Numbered from the stretch's first letter, positions 1 to 7,932 are shown. The stretch is DNA of 16,000 nt from Aquabacterium sp. (GCF_016195855.1 NZ_JACPYU010000025.1:20953-36952), one strand, 5' to 3'. Numbers and translations: made by a program. Notes: generated by a model from the sequence alone, not told the origin.

Positions 1-1301
1 AGGCCCACGACCTGGGTGATCTCTTGCGAACGTTCGCCCAGGCGCTTGATGCGCTTTTCCGTTTCACGGATCAGATCACGCGACTCGTTGATACCGACCA
101 CGGTCTTGTCCACCGTGGCCAGGGCCTGGCGCGTGGTGCGCACGGCGGCTTCGGCCGATTCGTTGGCCTTGCCGGCCATGTGGGCCATCTCGGTCAGCGT
201 GAGCGCTGCTTGCGACAGCTCACGGGCAGCCGACTCCACTTCCTGCTGGCCTTGCGAAGCCGCGGCCATGGCGGTGTCGGCGTTGTGCTTCACTTCCATG
301 GTAGCTCGGGATACGTTCTGAGAAACATGGCTCACATTGCCCAGCACCTTGGCCGTTTCGCTGGTGAGCATGTTCATGGCATCACCAATGGCACCGGTCA
401 CGTCTTCGGTCACAGGCACCTGGATGGACAGGTCCTTGGTGGCCGCCACCTGGCCCATGGCCTGCATGATCTCGACCACCGAGTTGCTGATCTGCTCGCT
501 TTCCTTGGCCTGCTTGCTCAAGCCCTCCAGGCGCTCGTCCAGCAGCTTGTCCAGCGCGTTACCCAGCAGGCCCAGTTCATCCTGGCTGCCCAGATGGGCG
601 CGGGCCGTGTAGTCTCCTGCCGTGAGCCGGGCCAGCGCCGACATCAGCGTCTTGATGGGCTGCGTGAGCGAGCGCACCACCACAAAGGCTGCCAGCATGC
701 CCAGCAAGAAGGCCGCGCCCACCACACCGGCCATCACCTGCTTGGCCACCGCCAGCGCCTGGAACTGCTTGTCCCGCTTGATGGCGTCGTTCTTGACGGT
801 GATGTCCAGCAACTCACCGAAGGCCTTGATGGTGGCCGCACCTGTGGGGGTGGTGTACTTCTTGCGCCATTCGGCGGCCTCTTCGAACTGGCCTTTGGTG
901 ACCAGGTCGAACCACTCTGCGCGACGCTGCTTGTAGGCAGGGAAACCGCCGGTCAAGGCCTTGTGGCGCACCGCTTCTTCAGGTGACAGGCCCGCGCTTT
1001 CGCCGTAGATCTTGAGGTTGTCTTCCACGACCTTCCACAGGCCGGGCTGCTCGTCGATGATCTTCTGTCGCGCGGCCGGGTTGTCCAGCGCCAGGTACTG
1101 CGGCAAGCTGTAGCGCAAGGCCCAGAGCGCCGAGTTGGCCCGGCCCAGCAGGGCTTCCTTGCCCTGGGTGCGCTTGATGGTCTGCTCCAGCTCATTGAGC
1201 TGCAAGATGGCGTAACCGCCGACCCCGACCAGCGCGGCCAGGAGCAAGGCAAAGCCGATCAACAGCTTCTGACGGATATTGAGCTTCATGCTGGCCTTCA
1301 T
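1..1301 (-). CDS. pilJ: Methyl-accepting chemotaxis protein, PilJ-like (3' end runs off the left edge of the window)
   Basis: Absent from the ORF track because it has no stop inside the window. My reverse-strand translation from ATG 1301 (alternative ATG 1289) stays open to position 1. Elements in order: MKASMKLNIRQKLLIGFALLLAALVGVGGYAIL (TM1); a roughly 170 aa helical 4HB-type periplasmic region; VMAGVVGAAFLLGMLAAFVVV (TM2); HAMP (RSLTQPIKTLMSALARLTAGDY...DELGLLGNALDKLL). Then VTEDVTGAIGDAMNML and INESRDLIRETEKRIKRLGERSQEITQVV, which as I recall are typical of PilJ-class signalling regions. ATGA start/stop overlap with the upstream cheW-like gene at 1298-1301. Symbol rests on synteny plus these motifs. 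Confidence 0.88.
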   Translation of the reverse strand, partial: MKASMKLNIRQKLLIGFALLLAALVGVGGYAILQLNELEQTIKRTQGKEALLGRANSALWALRYSLPQYLALDNPAARQKIIDEQPGLWKVVEDNLKIYGESAGLSPEEAVRHKALTGGFPAYKQRRAEWFDLVTKGQFEEAAEWRKKYTTPTGAATIKAFGELLDITVKNDAIKRDKQFQALAVAKQVMAGVVGAAFLLGMLAAFVVVRSLTQPIKTLMSALARLTAGDYTARAHLGSQDELGLLGNALDKLLDERLEGLSKQAKESEQISNSVVEIMQAMGQVAATKDLSIQVPVTEDVTGAIGDAMNMLTSETAKVLGNVSHVSQNVSRATMEVKHNADTAMAAASQGQQEVESAARELSQAALTLTEMAHMAGKANESAEAAVRTTRQALATVDKTVVGINESRDLIRETEKRIKRLGERSQEITQVVG

Positions 1302-1840
1302 GCGATCACCTCTTCCATGTCGACACCGATGGTTTCGGCGCGGGGAACATCTGCTTGACTGGCGCCACGCGCCAGGGATTCGAATGCAGCCCGGTGGTTG
1401 AACTCCCACCAGATCTGCCCGTTTTGATCGGCCTGAGCCCAGGGCCGTGTCAGAAAAGCGCTCAGGGTCGAAGCAGGCCAGGGCGTGTCGTCCGGTGCGG
1501 GCATCAGGCTCAGCAACTCGGGTTGCGTGTCGAGCAGCAGCCCCACCCGGCTGTCGTCCCGGTCGAACACCAGCGCACGGTGGGTGAAGGGCTGGATGCT
1601 GGGTGCGCCCCGCCTGGCTTCACGGCGGTCCAGCAGGGGCACGATGGTGCCGCGCAGGTTGGTGACACCGGCCAGCCCCGGCGCCGATCTGGGCACCGGG
1701 AAGATGCGGGCCTGCGCGATCATCTCCGTCAGCACGCGCTGCGCGGGCACCAGGCGCAGACCGCCCACCACAAAGCCATAACGCAATTCACCGTTGACGC
1801 TGGCGCTATCGCGCAATGCTGGCGTGCTGTCCATGTGCAT
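1298..1840 (-). CDS. pilI: CheW-like coupling protein (PilI-like)
   Basis: 180 aa ORF with the CheW-domain signature GLAGVTNLRGTIVPLLD, preceded by RIFPVP. It lies between a CheY-like gene and the MCP, and is translationally coupled (ATGA) to the MCP. ATG 1834 is an alternative start. Confidence 0.88.
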   Translation of the reverse strand: MHMDSTPALRDSASVNGELRYGFVVGGLRLVPAQRVLTEMIAQARIFPVPRSAPGLAGVTNLRGTIVPLLDRREARRGAPSIQPFTHRALVFDRDDSRVGLLLDTQPELLSLMPAPDDTPWPASTLSAFLTRPWAQADQNGQIWWEFNHRAAFESLARGASQADVPRAETIGVDMEEVIA

Positions 1841-1856
1841 ATAGGGGCCTGTGCCT

Positions 1857-2222
1857 TCAAGCCGCGAACTTCAGCGCGTCCACGATCTGGTCGGCATGAA
1901 AGGGTTTGCTGATCAGGGCCTTGCCGCCTTGTGCCCGGGCCCACACCTGGTCGGCGCGCGTGTTCTTGGTCGACACGAACACCACAGGGATGCCTTTGGT
2001 GGCGGGGTCTTCGGCCAAGGCGCGGCTGGTGCCATAACCATCGAGCTGCGGCATGACGATGTCCAGGAAGATGATGCTGGGGCGGTCCATGCGGGCACGC
2101 TCCAGCGCCTGCACGCCATTGGTGGCGGTGTTCACCAGCCAACCCGCGTCCTGCAGGATGGCCTTCAGATTGGACAGATCGGTGGTCGAGTCATCCACAA
2201 CCAGTGCTTTGTTGGCGATCAT
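1857..2222 (-). CDS. pilH: Single-domain CheY-like response regulator (PilH-like)
   Basis: 121 aa with all receiver hallmarks: ALVVDDS (acidic pair), IIFLDIVMPQLDG (phospho-acceptor Asp), VVFVSTK (Thr/Ser) and LISKPF (Lys). SD AAGAGG lies upstream on the minus strand. Symbol is from position in the RR-RR-CheW-MCP order. Confidence 0.85.
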   Translation of the reverse strand: MIANKALVVDDSTTDLSNLKAILQDAGWLVNTATNGVQALERARMDRPSIIFLDIVMPQLDGYGTSRALAEDPATKGIPVVFVSTKNTRADQVWARAQGGKALISKPFHADQIVDALKFAA

Positions 2223-2285
2223 CGCGAAGCCTCTTTCAGCTAGGAACAGTCAAGAAATTGAATGGGGAGTGCGCAAGCAGGCGAC

Positions 2286-3110
2286 TCAGACGTGCGCGGG
2301 CGGCGCCACCACGCAGGGGTCCTGAATCCACTCGCTGAGGTCATCCACGGCCAGCGATTTGCGCAAGGCCTTGGTGGTGGCGGCGTAGAACTGCTTCATG
2401 CCCACCGGCTTGGTCAGGAAGATGTCGCAGCCGGCCAGCGCACCGCGGGCCCGGTCAAAGGGCGACGACTGGCTCGTCAGGATGATGACCGGCGCCTTGT
2501 TCTTGCGGTCGCGCTTGATCTCGCGGGTCAGCGAGTAGCCGTCCATGTCCGGCATCATGACGTCCACATAGATGAGGTCGTAATGGCGGCTGGACAGCTG
2601 CATCAGCGCGGCACGGGCGCCATCGGCGATGTCGCAGGCCATCCCGATGCGGTTCATCACATTGGCCAGTTGCGTGCGCACCGTCTGGCTGTCGTCCACC
2701 ACCAGAGCGCGCAGCTTCTTGGGCAGCACCGAAATGATCTTCTCCGGTGCCTTCACGGGTGCTGGTGTGGCGCCCGGTGTGGCCGCCTGGGCCACCAGCC
2801 CTTCCAGGGTGGGCAGCAGCTGCATCATCAGCTGGTAGGAGGCCAGCTCGGTGCGCTTGCCGGCCTGCCCCAATTCCTTGACCAGGTGCAGCACCTGCAA
2901 TTGCGGGCGGCTGTGCATGGCCTGCGTCAGCTGCAAGAGCATGTGGGGGTCATTGGCATCGACCAGTGCCACGTCGATCTCGGCGGCGCCAGGGGGCACC
3001 ACGGTAAAACTGTAGTTCGCACTCTTGATGTGGGTGAGCACGATGCCAATCACGCGGATATCGCGCTGCTGCGTCGTGTAAACGGCCACTTTGATGTCAC
3101 GCCTGTCCAT
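2286..3110 (-). CDS. Two-domain response regulator: N-terminal receiver-like domain lacking the acidic pocket, plus a canonical C-terminal receiver (occupies the PilG position)
   Basis: The track ORF is 2286..3200. I prefer ATG 3110 (MDRRDIKVAVY...) because GAGAGGA lies 5-11 nt upstream of it, giving 274 aa. The C-terminal half has LRALVVDDS, LIYVDVMMPDMDG, VIILTSQ and FLTKPV. The N-terminal ~130 aa (IKVAVYTT...IDVALVDANDP...LQVLHLV) has a beta-alpha-beta rhythm but no DD pair. Confidence 0.82.
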   Translation of the reverse strand: MDRRDIKVAVYTTQQRDIRVIGIVLTHIKSANYSFTVVPPGAAEIDVALVDANDPHMLLQLTQAMHSRPQLQVLHLVKELGQAGKRTELASYQLMMQLLPTLEGLVAQAATPGATPAPVKAPEKIISVLPKKLRALVVDDSQTVRTQLANVMNRIGMACDIADGARAALMQLSSRHYDLIYVDVMMPDMDGYSLTREIKRDRKNKAPVIILTSQSSPFDRARGALAGCDIFLTKPVGMKQFYAATTKALRKSLAVDDLSEWIQDPCVVAPPAHV

Positions 3111-3365
3111 ACCAGTCCTCTCGGCTTTCAACCACTCACTCACCCTCAACTCGGATTTGGCCGCGTGCTTGCATGGCCATGAAGCCAGGCCCGGTCGCAT
3201 CAGCAGCGTGAAATTGATTCTGCGCCGAATGCACAGGCCTTGTGGGATTCAATATATGAATAACTGCACGTAACGGAACGACGTTGCAAATACTCACAAG
3301 TGCAAGCTACCCGAATAGGCATCGGCATATGAGAAGATCCAGCACGAACTCGTCAGGAGCAGCTC

Positions 3366-4397
3366 ATGGGGCGATCAGCATCGATTTTTCATATTCTCGC
3401 GAAGTGCACGCTGCTTTTGCACTTTTGCGCGGGCACGCAGATGGCCTGGGCGGCCGACAGGGTGAATCAAACCCAGATAGAACAAGCCATTCAACCCATG
3501 GCAGAGCAGTTACAGAAAAACTGCCCTATTTCCGACCCGGATAACCAGGCGGCATTTGAGAGTTGCAAGAAATTCCTGTTCAACCAGTCCCTGGTCAAAC
3601 AGATGATGGTGCAGCCCGTTATTTTATGGGGCCGTCAAAACGATGCCAGCCTGCCCCTCAAGGAAACCCACCTGACACAGTTCTCGCCAGACATCCTTTC
3701 GGGCCTGTACCTGCCCTTGTTCATGTTCAATGGGCAATTCAAGGTCAGCTTCAACGAAAAAGAAAAACTCTACCAGGCCAGTCTGAACACAGCCTTCAGA
3801 AACCGCCTGCAGCCGGGTCAATTCCCCTACCCCTTCTGGCACGACGCCAACAAGTGGTCGGTTTATGAAAATGCCCACACCATCCTGCTCTGGATTGACC
3901 CGTACACAGCCAGGATCCGCGCCATCCAGTTCTCGGCAGCTGGCGACCCCGTGGCGGGCGTGACGAGCAGCAAGGCCACCCCACCCGCCTTCGATGGCCA
4001 GTGGTTATGGACCGATGCCAAGGGCCAGACACAGCCCGCGGTGACGTTGTTTGACGGCCTGTACCGAAGCGACAACCCCTACAAGCCGCAACTGGACAAG
4101 ACCTACCGGGACTTCGCCATCGCGCTGCGCGAGTCTCAGTGCCTGTCCTGCCATGTGCCCAACAATCCGGAAAAAATGAAACGCCTGGTCTTGTTGCAAT
4201 CTCCCGCCCATGCCGCAGGGGAAATCCAGCGCGTGCTGAAATCCGTGCGGGAAAAGAAAATGCCGCTGGACGACCTGGGCGTAGAGAAAGAACTCGATGC
4301 CTCGCTCATGAAGGTGTTGCTTGAAAAAGGTGGCGAATTTGAAAAAGTCGTGAACACCGCCCGCAACTGGGAGTTACAACAAGCCAATTCACATTGA
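3366..4397 (+). CDS. Secreted hypothetical protein with a C-terminal mono-heme c-type cytochrome-like domain (CLSCH ... MP) and an unassignable ~230 aa N-terminal domain
   Basis: 343 aa ORF in a lower-GC stretch, where long chance ORFs are unlikely. SD AGGAG at 3355-3359. Signal-peptide-like N-terminus ending AWA|AD. Single heme-attachment motif CLSCH at residues 259-263 (nt 4140-4154). Met299-Pro (KKMPLDD) lies 36 residues later, as in class-I-like cytochrome c domains with an axial Met. Extra Cys pair NCPISDPDNQAAFESC. I recognise no family for the N-terminal domain. Confidence 0.8.
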   Translation: MGRSASIFHILAKCTLLLHFCAGTQMAWAADRVNQTQIEQAIQPMAEQLQKNCPISDPDNQAAFESCKKFLFNQSLVKQMMVQPVILWGRQNDASLPLKETHLTQFSPDILSGLYLPLFMFNGQFKVSFNEKEKLYQASLNTAFRNRLQPGQFPYPFWHDANKWSVYENAHTILLWIDPYTARIRAIQFSAAGDPVAGVTSSKATPPAFDGQWLWTDAKGQTQPAVTLFDGLYRSDNPYKPQLDKTYRDFAIALRESQCLSCHVPNNPEKMKRLVLLQSPAHAAGEIQRVLKSVREKKMPLDDLGVEKELDASLMKVLLEKGGEFEKVVNTARNWELQQANSH

Positions 4398-4407
4398 CAG
4401 GTACACC

Positions 4408-4860
4408 ATGGTCTTCAGAATTTGCACTTTCCTGTTGGCTATTTTGGCAAGCCAGGGCAGCCTGGCCCAAACAGCCTTCTCGCGGCCGGCCGACGCCATC
4501 AAATACCGGCAGGCGGCCTTTCAGGTCATGAGTTTCCACAGCCAGCGAATTGGCAGCATGGCCAAAGGCGACCGGCCTTTTGACAAGCTTGTCAGCAACC
4601 AGGATGCCGCCATCATGGAAATGATGGCCGCGCAAATGGAAGCGGCATTCCCACCGGGATCCGATGCGGCGCCATCCAAAGCCAAACCCGAGGTCTGGCA
4701 GGATGCCGCGCAATTCAAGCAGAAAATGGACGACCTTAAATCATCCACCCGGAAATTATCGGAGGCCACCCGGTCAGGCGACTTGAATAATATTCGTGCC
4801 GCCTTCAACCAGACGGCACAAAGCTGCAAATCCTGTCACGAGGGTTTTCGCAACCGTTGA
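4408..4860 (+). CDS. Cytochrome c' (class II c-type cytochrome, four-helix-bundle type)
   Basis: 150 aa. Signal peptide MVFRICTFLLAILASQGSLA|QT. Family-typical AIKYRQAAFQVM near the mature N-terminus, and heme motif CKSCH followed by EGFRNR at the extreme C-terminus. It starts 11 nt after the preceding stop. Confidence 0.9.
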   Translation: MVFRICTFLLAILASQGSLAQTAFSRPADAIKYRQAAFQVMSFHSQRIGSMAKGDRPFDKLVSNQDAAIMEMMAAQMEAAFPPGSDAAPSKAKPEVWQDAAQFKQKMDDLKSSTRKLSEATRSGDLNNIRAAFNQTAQSCKSCHEGFRNR

Positions 4861-4886
4861 ATAACTGAACCAGTGAACAAGGCACC

Positions 4887-5546
4887 ATGAGCAAAGTCAG
4901 AATATGGGATTTACCCACGCGCCTGTTTCACTGGTTGCTGGTATTGGCCATTTCGGGGGCGCTGGTCACCCAGTACCTGGGCGGCACAGCCATGGCCTGG
5001 CACTTCCGTTTTGGCTATTTGGCGCTGAGCCTGGTCGGCTTTCGGGTGATCTGGGGGCTGATCGGCACCCGCCACGCGCGCTTTGCCAGTTTTGTCCGCG
5101 GCCCCTCGGTGATCCTCGCCTATCTGCGCGGCCGCACGGCACCGGATGAGGCCACACCTGGCCACAACCCGCTGGGCGCCCTGTCGGTGCTGGCCATGCT
5201 CGCCGTGGTCCTGCTGCAGACGGGCTCAGGCCTGTTCGCCAGCGACGACATCGCCGCGCAAGGCCCCTTGGCCAAGTTCGTCGATCAAGGCTTGTCCGAG
5301 CAGATCAGCACGCTGCACGCCCAGGTGGGTGCCAATGTGATCTATGCCCTGGTCGGCCTGCACCTGTGCGCCATCGCGTATTACCGCCTGCGCCGCCGCA
5401 TCAACTTGATCTGGCCCATGGTCAGCGGCGACAAGGCGCCCGCCAGGGCAAGTGACGCGGTCAACGATGGCTGGGGCCTCTGGGCACGCGCCCTGCTCTG
5501 CTTTCTGGCCTGCGCAGCAACCGTCGGCTACCTCACCAGCCTGTGA
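4887..5546 (+). CDS. Cytochrome b561 / Ni-Fe-hydrogenase-type b cytochrome family membrane protein
   Basis: 219 aa with N-terminus VRIWDLPTRLFHWLLVLAISGAL. Four predicted TM helices with conserved His positions (FHW, GHNPLGALSV, LHAQVG, GLHLCAIAYY), as in the PF01292-type diheme b cytochromes. Confidence 0.85.
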   Translation: MSKVRIWDLPTRLFHWLLVLAISGALVTQYLGGTAMAWHFRFGYLALSLVGFRVIWGLIGTRHARFASFVRGPSVILAYLRGRTAPDEATPGHNPLGALSVLAMLAVVLLQTGSGLFASDDIAAQGPLAKFVDQGLSEQISTLHAQVGANVIYALVGLHLCAIAYYRLRRRINLIWPMVSGDKAPARASDAVNDGWGLWARALLCFLACAATVGYLTSL

Positions 5547-5550
5547 AGGC

Positions 5551-5653
5551 TGTTTCAGGCGCGGTTGTTTCATCGCCGTGTTTCAGGTTCGCGTTTCATG
5601 AACGCGTTTCAGTTGCGGCGCAAAATGTTTCACTACAGAAACACTGAAACGCC
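5551..5653 (+). promoter_or_regulatory. Array of GTTTCA motifs (six direct copies, mostly at 13-bp spacing, plus two inverted copies): candidate upstream activator sequence for a sigma-54 enhancer-binding protein
   Basis: Direct GTTTCA copies start at 5552, 5567, 5580, 5593, 5606 and 5627. Inverted copies are GAAACA at 5638 and TGAAAC at 5645. GCGTTTCAG (5604-5612) and CTGAAACGC (5644-5652) form a perfect 9-bp inverted repeat. TGTTTC-N6-GAAACA lies at 5626-5643, and the palindrome TTCATGAA at 5595-5602. The array sits roughly 100-200 bp upstream of the -24/-12 element. Confidence 0.55.
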
Positions 5654-5699
5654 ACAAGAAATGCAGCGCCAGCTGTGCTGACTCCCGTTTCTCAAGCAA

Positions 5700-5712
5700 A
5701 ATCAACCAGTTG
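5700..5712 (+). promoter_or_regulatory. IHF-consensus site (WATCAANNNNTTR)
   Basis: AATCAACCAGTTG matches every specified consensus position. It is preceded by an A-rich tract (caagcaaa) and lies between the repeat array and the sigma-54 promoter. Confidence 0.5.
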
Positions 5713-5752
5713 CAGCAGCCACTCACGGGCCTGCAACACCGTGACGACCCGC

Positions 5753-5768
5753 TGGCACAGGCGTTGCA
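5753..5768 (+). promoter_or_regulatory. Sigma-54 (RpoN) -24/-12 promoter of the prp operon
   Basis: TGGCACaggcgTTGCA gives GG-N10-GC spacing and matches the TGGCAC-N5-TTGCW consensus at every specified position. It ends 47 nt upstream of the prpB ATG. Confidence 0.8.
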
Positions 5769-5815
5769 TTTCATGCCTGGCATACCTCGCTGCTTTTTCA
5801 AGTTGGAGATCTGAC

Positions 5816-6700
5816 ATGGCCACCCTGACCCCTGGCGCACGATTCCGCCAAGCCCTCGCGGAAGAATCCCCGCTGCAAATCATCGGCGCGATCAACGCCA
5901 ACCATGCTTTGCTGGCCAAGCGCGCGGGCTACCGTGCGATCTACCTCTCGGGTGGCGGCGTGGCCGCTGGCTCGCTGGGCCTGCCCGACCTGGGCATCAA
6001 CACCCTGGACGACGTCCTGACCGACACCCGCCGCATCACCGATGTGTGCGACCTGCCCCTGCTGGTCGACATCGACACCGGCTTCGGCCCCTCGGCCTTC
6101 AACATCGAGCGCACCGTCAAGAGCCTGATCAAGGCCGGCGCCGCTGCTTGCCACATCGAAGACCAGGTTGGCGCCAAGCGCTGTGGCCATCGCCCCGGCA
6201 AGGAAATCGTCACCACCGAAGAAATGGTGGACCGCGTCAAGGCCGCCGCTGATGCCAAGACCGACAAGGACTTCTTCCTGATCGCCCGCACCGACGCCAT
6301 CCAGGTGCACGGCGTGGACGCTGCCATCGAGCGTGCCATCGCCTGCGTCGAAGCCGGCGCCGACGGCATCTTTGCCGAAGCCGCCTACGACCTGCCCACC
6401 TACGAGAAATTCGTCAAGGCCGTGAAGGTGCCCGTGCTGGCCAACATCACCGAATTCGGCAAGACCCCGCTGTTCAGCGTGGACGAGCTGCGCCCCACCG
6501 GTGTGGGCATGGTGCTCTACCCCTTGAGCGCCTTCCGTGCCATGAACAAGGCCGCCGAGGCTGTTTACACTGCGATTCGACGCGATGGCCACCAGAAGAA
6601 TGTGGTGGACATCATGCAGACCCGCGAAGAGCTGTACGACCGCATCGGCTACCACGCCTTTGAGGGCAAGCTGGACGCGCTGTTTGCCGCCAAAAAGTAA
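5816..6700 (+). CDS. prpB: 2-methylisocitrate lyase
   Basis: 294 aa from ATG 5816, with SD GGAGA at 5805-5809. The track ORF start at 5675 would run through the promoter. Recognisable PrpB/isocitrate-lyase-superfamily sequence: [54 protein letters not shown] and LIARTDA. Confidence 0.95.
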   Translation: MATLTPGARFRQALAEESPLQIIGAINANHALLAKRAGYRAIYLSGGGVAAGSLGLPDLGINTLDDVLTDTRRITDVCDLPLLVDIDTGFGPSAFNIERTVKSLIKAGAAACHIEDQVGAKRCGHRPGKEIVTTEEMVDRVKAAADAKTDKDFFLIARTDAIQVHGVDAAIERAIACVEAGADGIFAEAAYDLPTYEKFVKAVKVPVLANITEFGKTPLFSVDELRPTGVGMVLYPLSAFRAMNKAAEAVYTAIRRDGHQKNVVDIMQTREELYDRIGYHAFEGKLDALFAAKK

Positions 6701-6751
6701 TCCCGACCGTTCCAACCGACTGCTTCCACTTTCAGCCAGGAGACTCTCTCA

Positions 6752-7915
6752 ATGAGCGCCACCCCCGAAACAACCACCCCCGGTTTCAAGCCCAAGAAGT
6801 CCGTTGCCCTGTCGGGCACTGCCGCCGGCAACACGGCCCTGTGTACCGTTGGCCGCACGGGTAACGACCTGGCCTACCGTGGCTACGACATCCTGGACGT
6901 CGCCACCACCTGTGAATTCGAAGAAATCGCCCACCTGCTGGTGCACGGCAAGCTGCCCACCGTGGCCGAACTGGCTGGCTACAAGGCCAAGCTGAAGTCG
7001 CTGCGCGGCATCCCCGCCGGCCTGAAGACCGCGCTGGAGCAACTGCCCCCGTCGGCCCACCCGATGGACGTGATGCGCACCGGCGTGTCCGTGCTGGGTT
7101 GCCTGCAGCCCGAGAAGGACGACCACAACCACCCCGGCGCCCGCGACATCGCCGACAAGCTGATGGCCTCGCTGGGTTCAATGCTGCTGTACTGGTACCA
7201 CTACAGCCACAACGGCAAGCGCATCGACGTGGAAACCGATGACGACTCCATCGGCGGCCACTTCCTGCACCTGCTGCACGGCGAGAAGCCCCGTGACAGC
7301 TGGGTGCGCGCCATGCACACCTCGCTGATCCTGTACGCAGAGCACGAGTTCAACGCCTCGACCTTCACCTCGCGCGTGGTGGCCGGCACGGGCTCGGACA
7401 TGTTCTCTGCCATCACCGGTGGCATCGGCGCCCTGCGTGGCCCCAAGCACGGCGGCGCCAACGAAGTGGCCTTCGAGATCCAGAAGCGCTACGACAACGC
7501 CGATGAAGCCGAGGCCGACATCCGCGCCCGCGTCGAGAAGAAGGAAGTCGTGATCGGCTTCGGTCACCCCGTCTACACCGTGAGCGACCCCCGCAATGTG
7601 GTCATCAAGAAGGTGGCGGAAGACCTGTCCAAAGAGCAGAGCAACATGAAGATGTACGACATCGCCGCCCGCCTGGAGTCGGTGATGTGGGAAATCAAGA
7701 AGATGTTCCCCAACCTGGACTGGTTCTCGGCCGTGAGCTACCACATGATGGGCGTGCCCACCGCGATGTTCACCCCGCTGTTCGTGATCGCCCGCACCAG
7801 CGGCTGGTCGGCCCACGTGATCGAACAACGCATTGACGGCAAGATCATCCGCCCATCGGCCAACTACACCGGCCCTGAAGACCAGAAGTTCGTGCCGATC
7901 AAGGACCGCAAGTAA
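6752..7915 (+). CDS. prpC: 2-methylcitrate synthase
   Basis: 387 aa with SD AGGAGA at 6738-6743. Citrate-synthase family motifs [17 protein letters not shown] and the conserved C-terminal region, in the operon position after prpB. Confidence 0.95.
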   Translation: MSATPETTTPGFKPKKSVALSGTAAGNTALCTVGRTGNDLAYRGYDILDVATTCEFEEIAHLLVHGKLPTVAELAGYKAKLKSLRGIPAGLKTALEQLPPSAHPMDVMRTGVSVLGCLQPEKDDHNHPGARDIADKLMASLGSMLLYWYHYSHNGKRIDVETDDDSIGGHFLHLLHGEKPRDSWVRAMHTSLILYAEHEFNASTFTSRVVAGTGSDMFSAITGGIGALRGPKHGGANEVAFEIQKRYDNADEAEADIRARVEKKEVVIGFGHPVYTVSDPRNVVIKKVAEDLSKEQSNMKMYDIAARLESVMWEIKKMFPNLDWFSAVSYHMMGVPTAMFTPLFVIARTSGWSAHVIEQRIDGKIIRPSANYTGPEDQKFVPIKDRK

Positions 7916-7932
7916 TCCTTGAGCCAAACCAG

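Noticed and set aside
3111-3365. Sigma-70 promoters and operator-like repeats in the divergent region between the regulator gene and the orphan heme gene. Examples: TGCACA-N17-TATATG around 3230-3258, and the imperfect inverted repeat ATTGATTC...GATTCAAT at 3213-3253
   Set aside because: Matches are only 4/6 in each hexamer and 7/8 in the repeat, which is chance level for an AT-richer spacer. I cannot support a call without mapped transcription starts.
3091-3544. Small plus-strand ORFs 3091..3273 (60 aa) and 3284..3544 (86 aa) in or around the divergent intergenic region
   Set aside because: They have no SD and no signal or motif content. They overlap the regulator start and the heme-protein gene in another frame, and their composition looks like non-coding read-through.
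5551-5653. GTTTCA array considered as a CRISPR array or minisatellite
   Set aside because: The units are only about 13 bp with a 6-7 bp conserved core. There is no repeat-spacer structure and no cas genes. Its position upstream of a sigma-54 promoter and IHF site fits protein-binding sites much better.
5675-5815. Upstream extensions of real genes offered by the ORF track: prpB from 5675, prpF from 10694, PEP-CTERM paralogue 1 from 13990, OmpW-like from 13289, two-domain regulator from 3200
   Set aside because: The extensions run through a sigma-54 promoter, REP-like hairpins, a terminator or the preceding gene. They lack an SD and add sequence foreign to the family N-termini. Internal ATGs with good SDs reproduce the expected N-termini or signal peptides.
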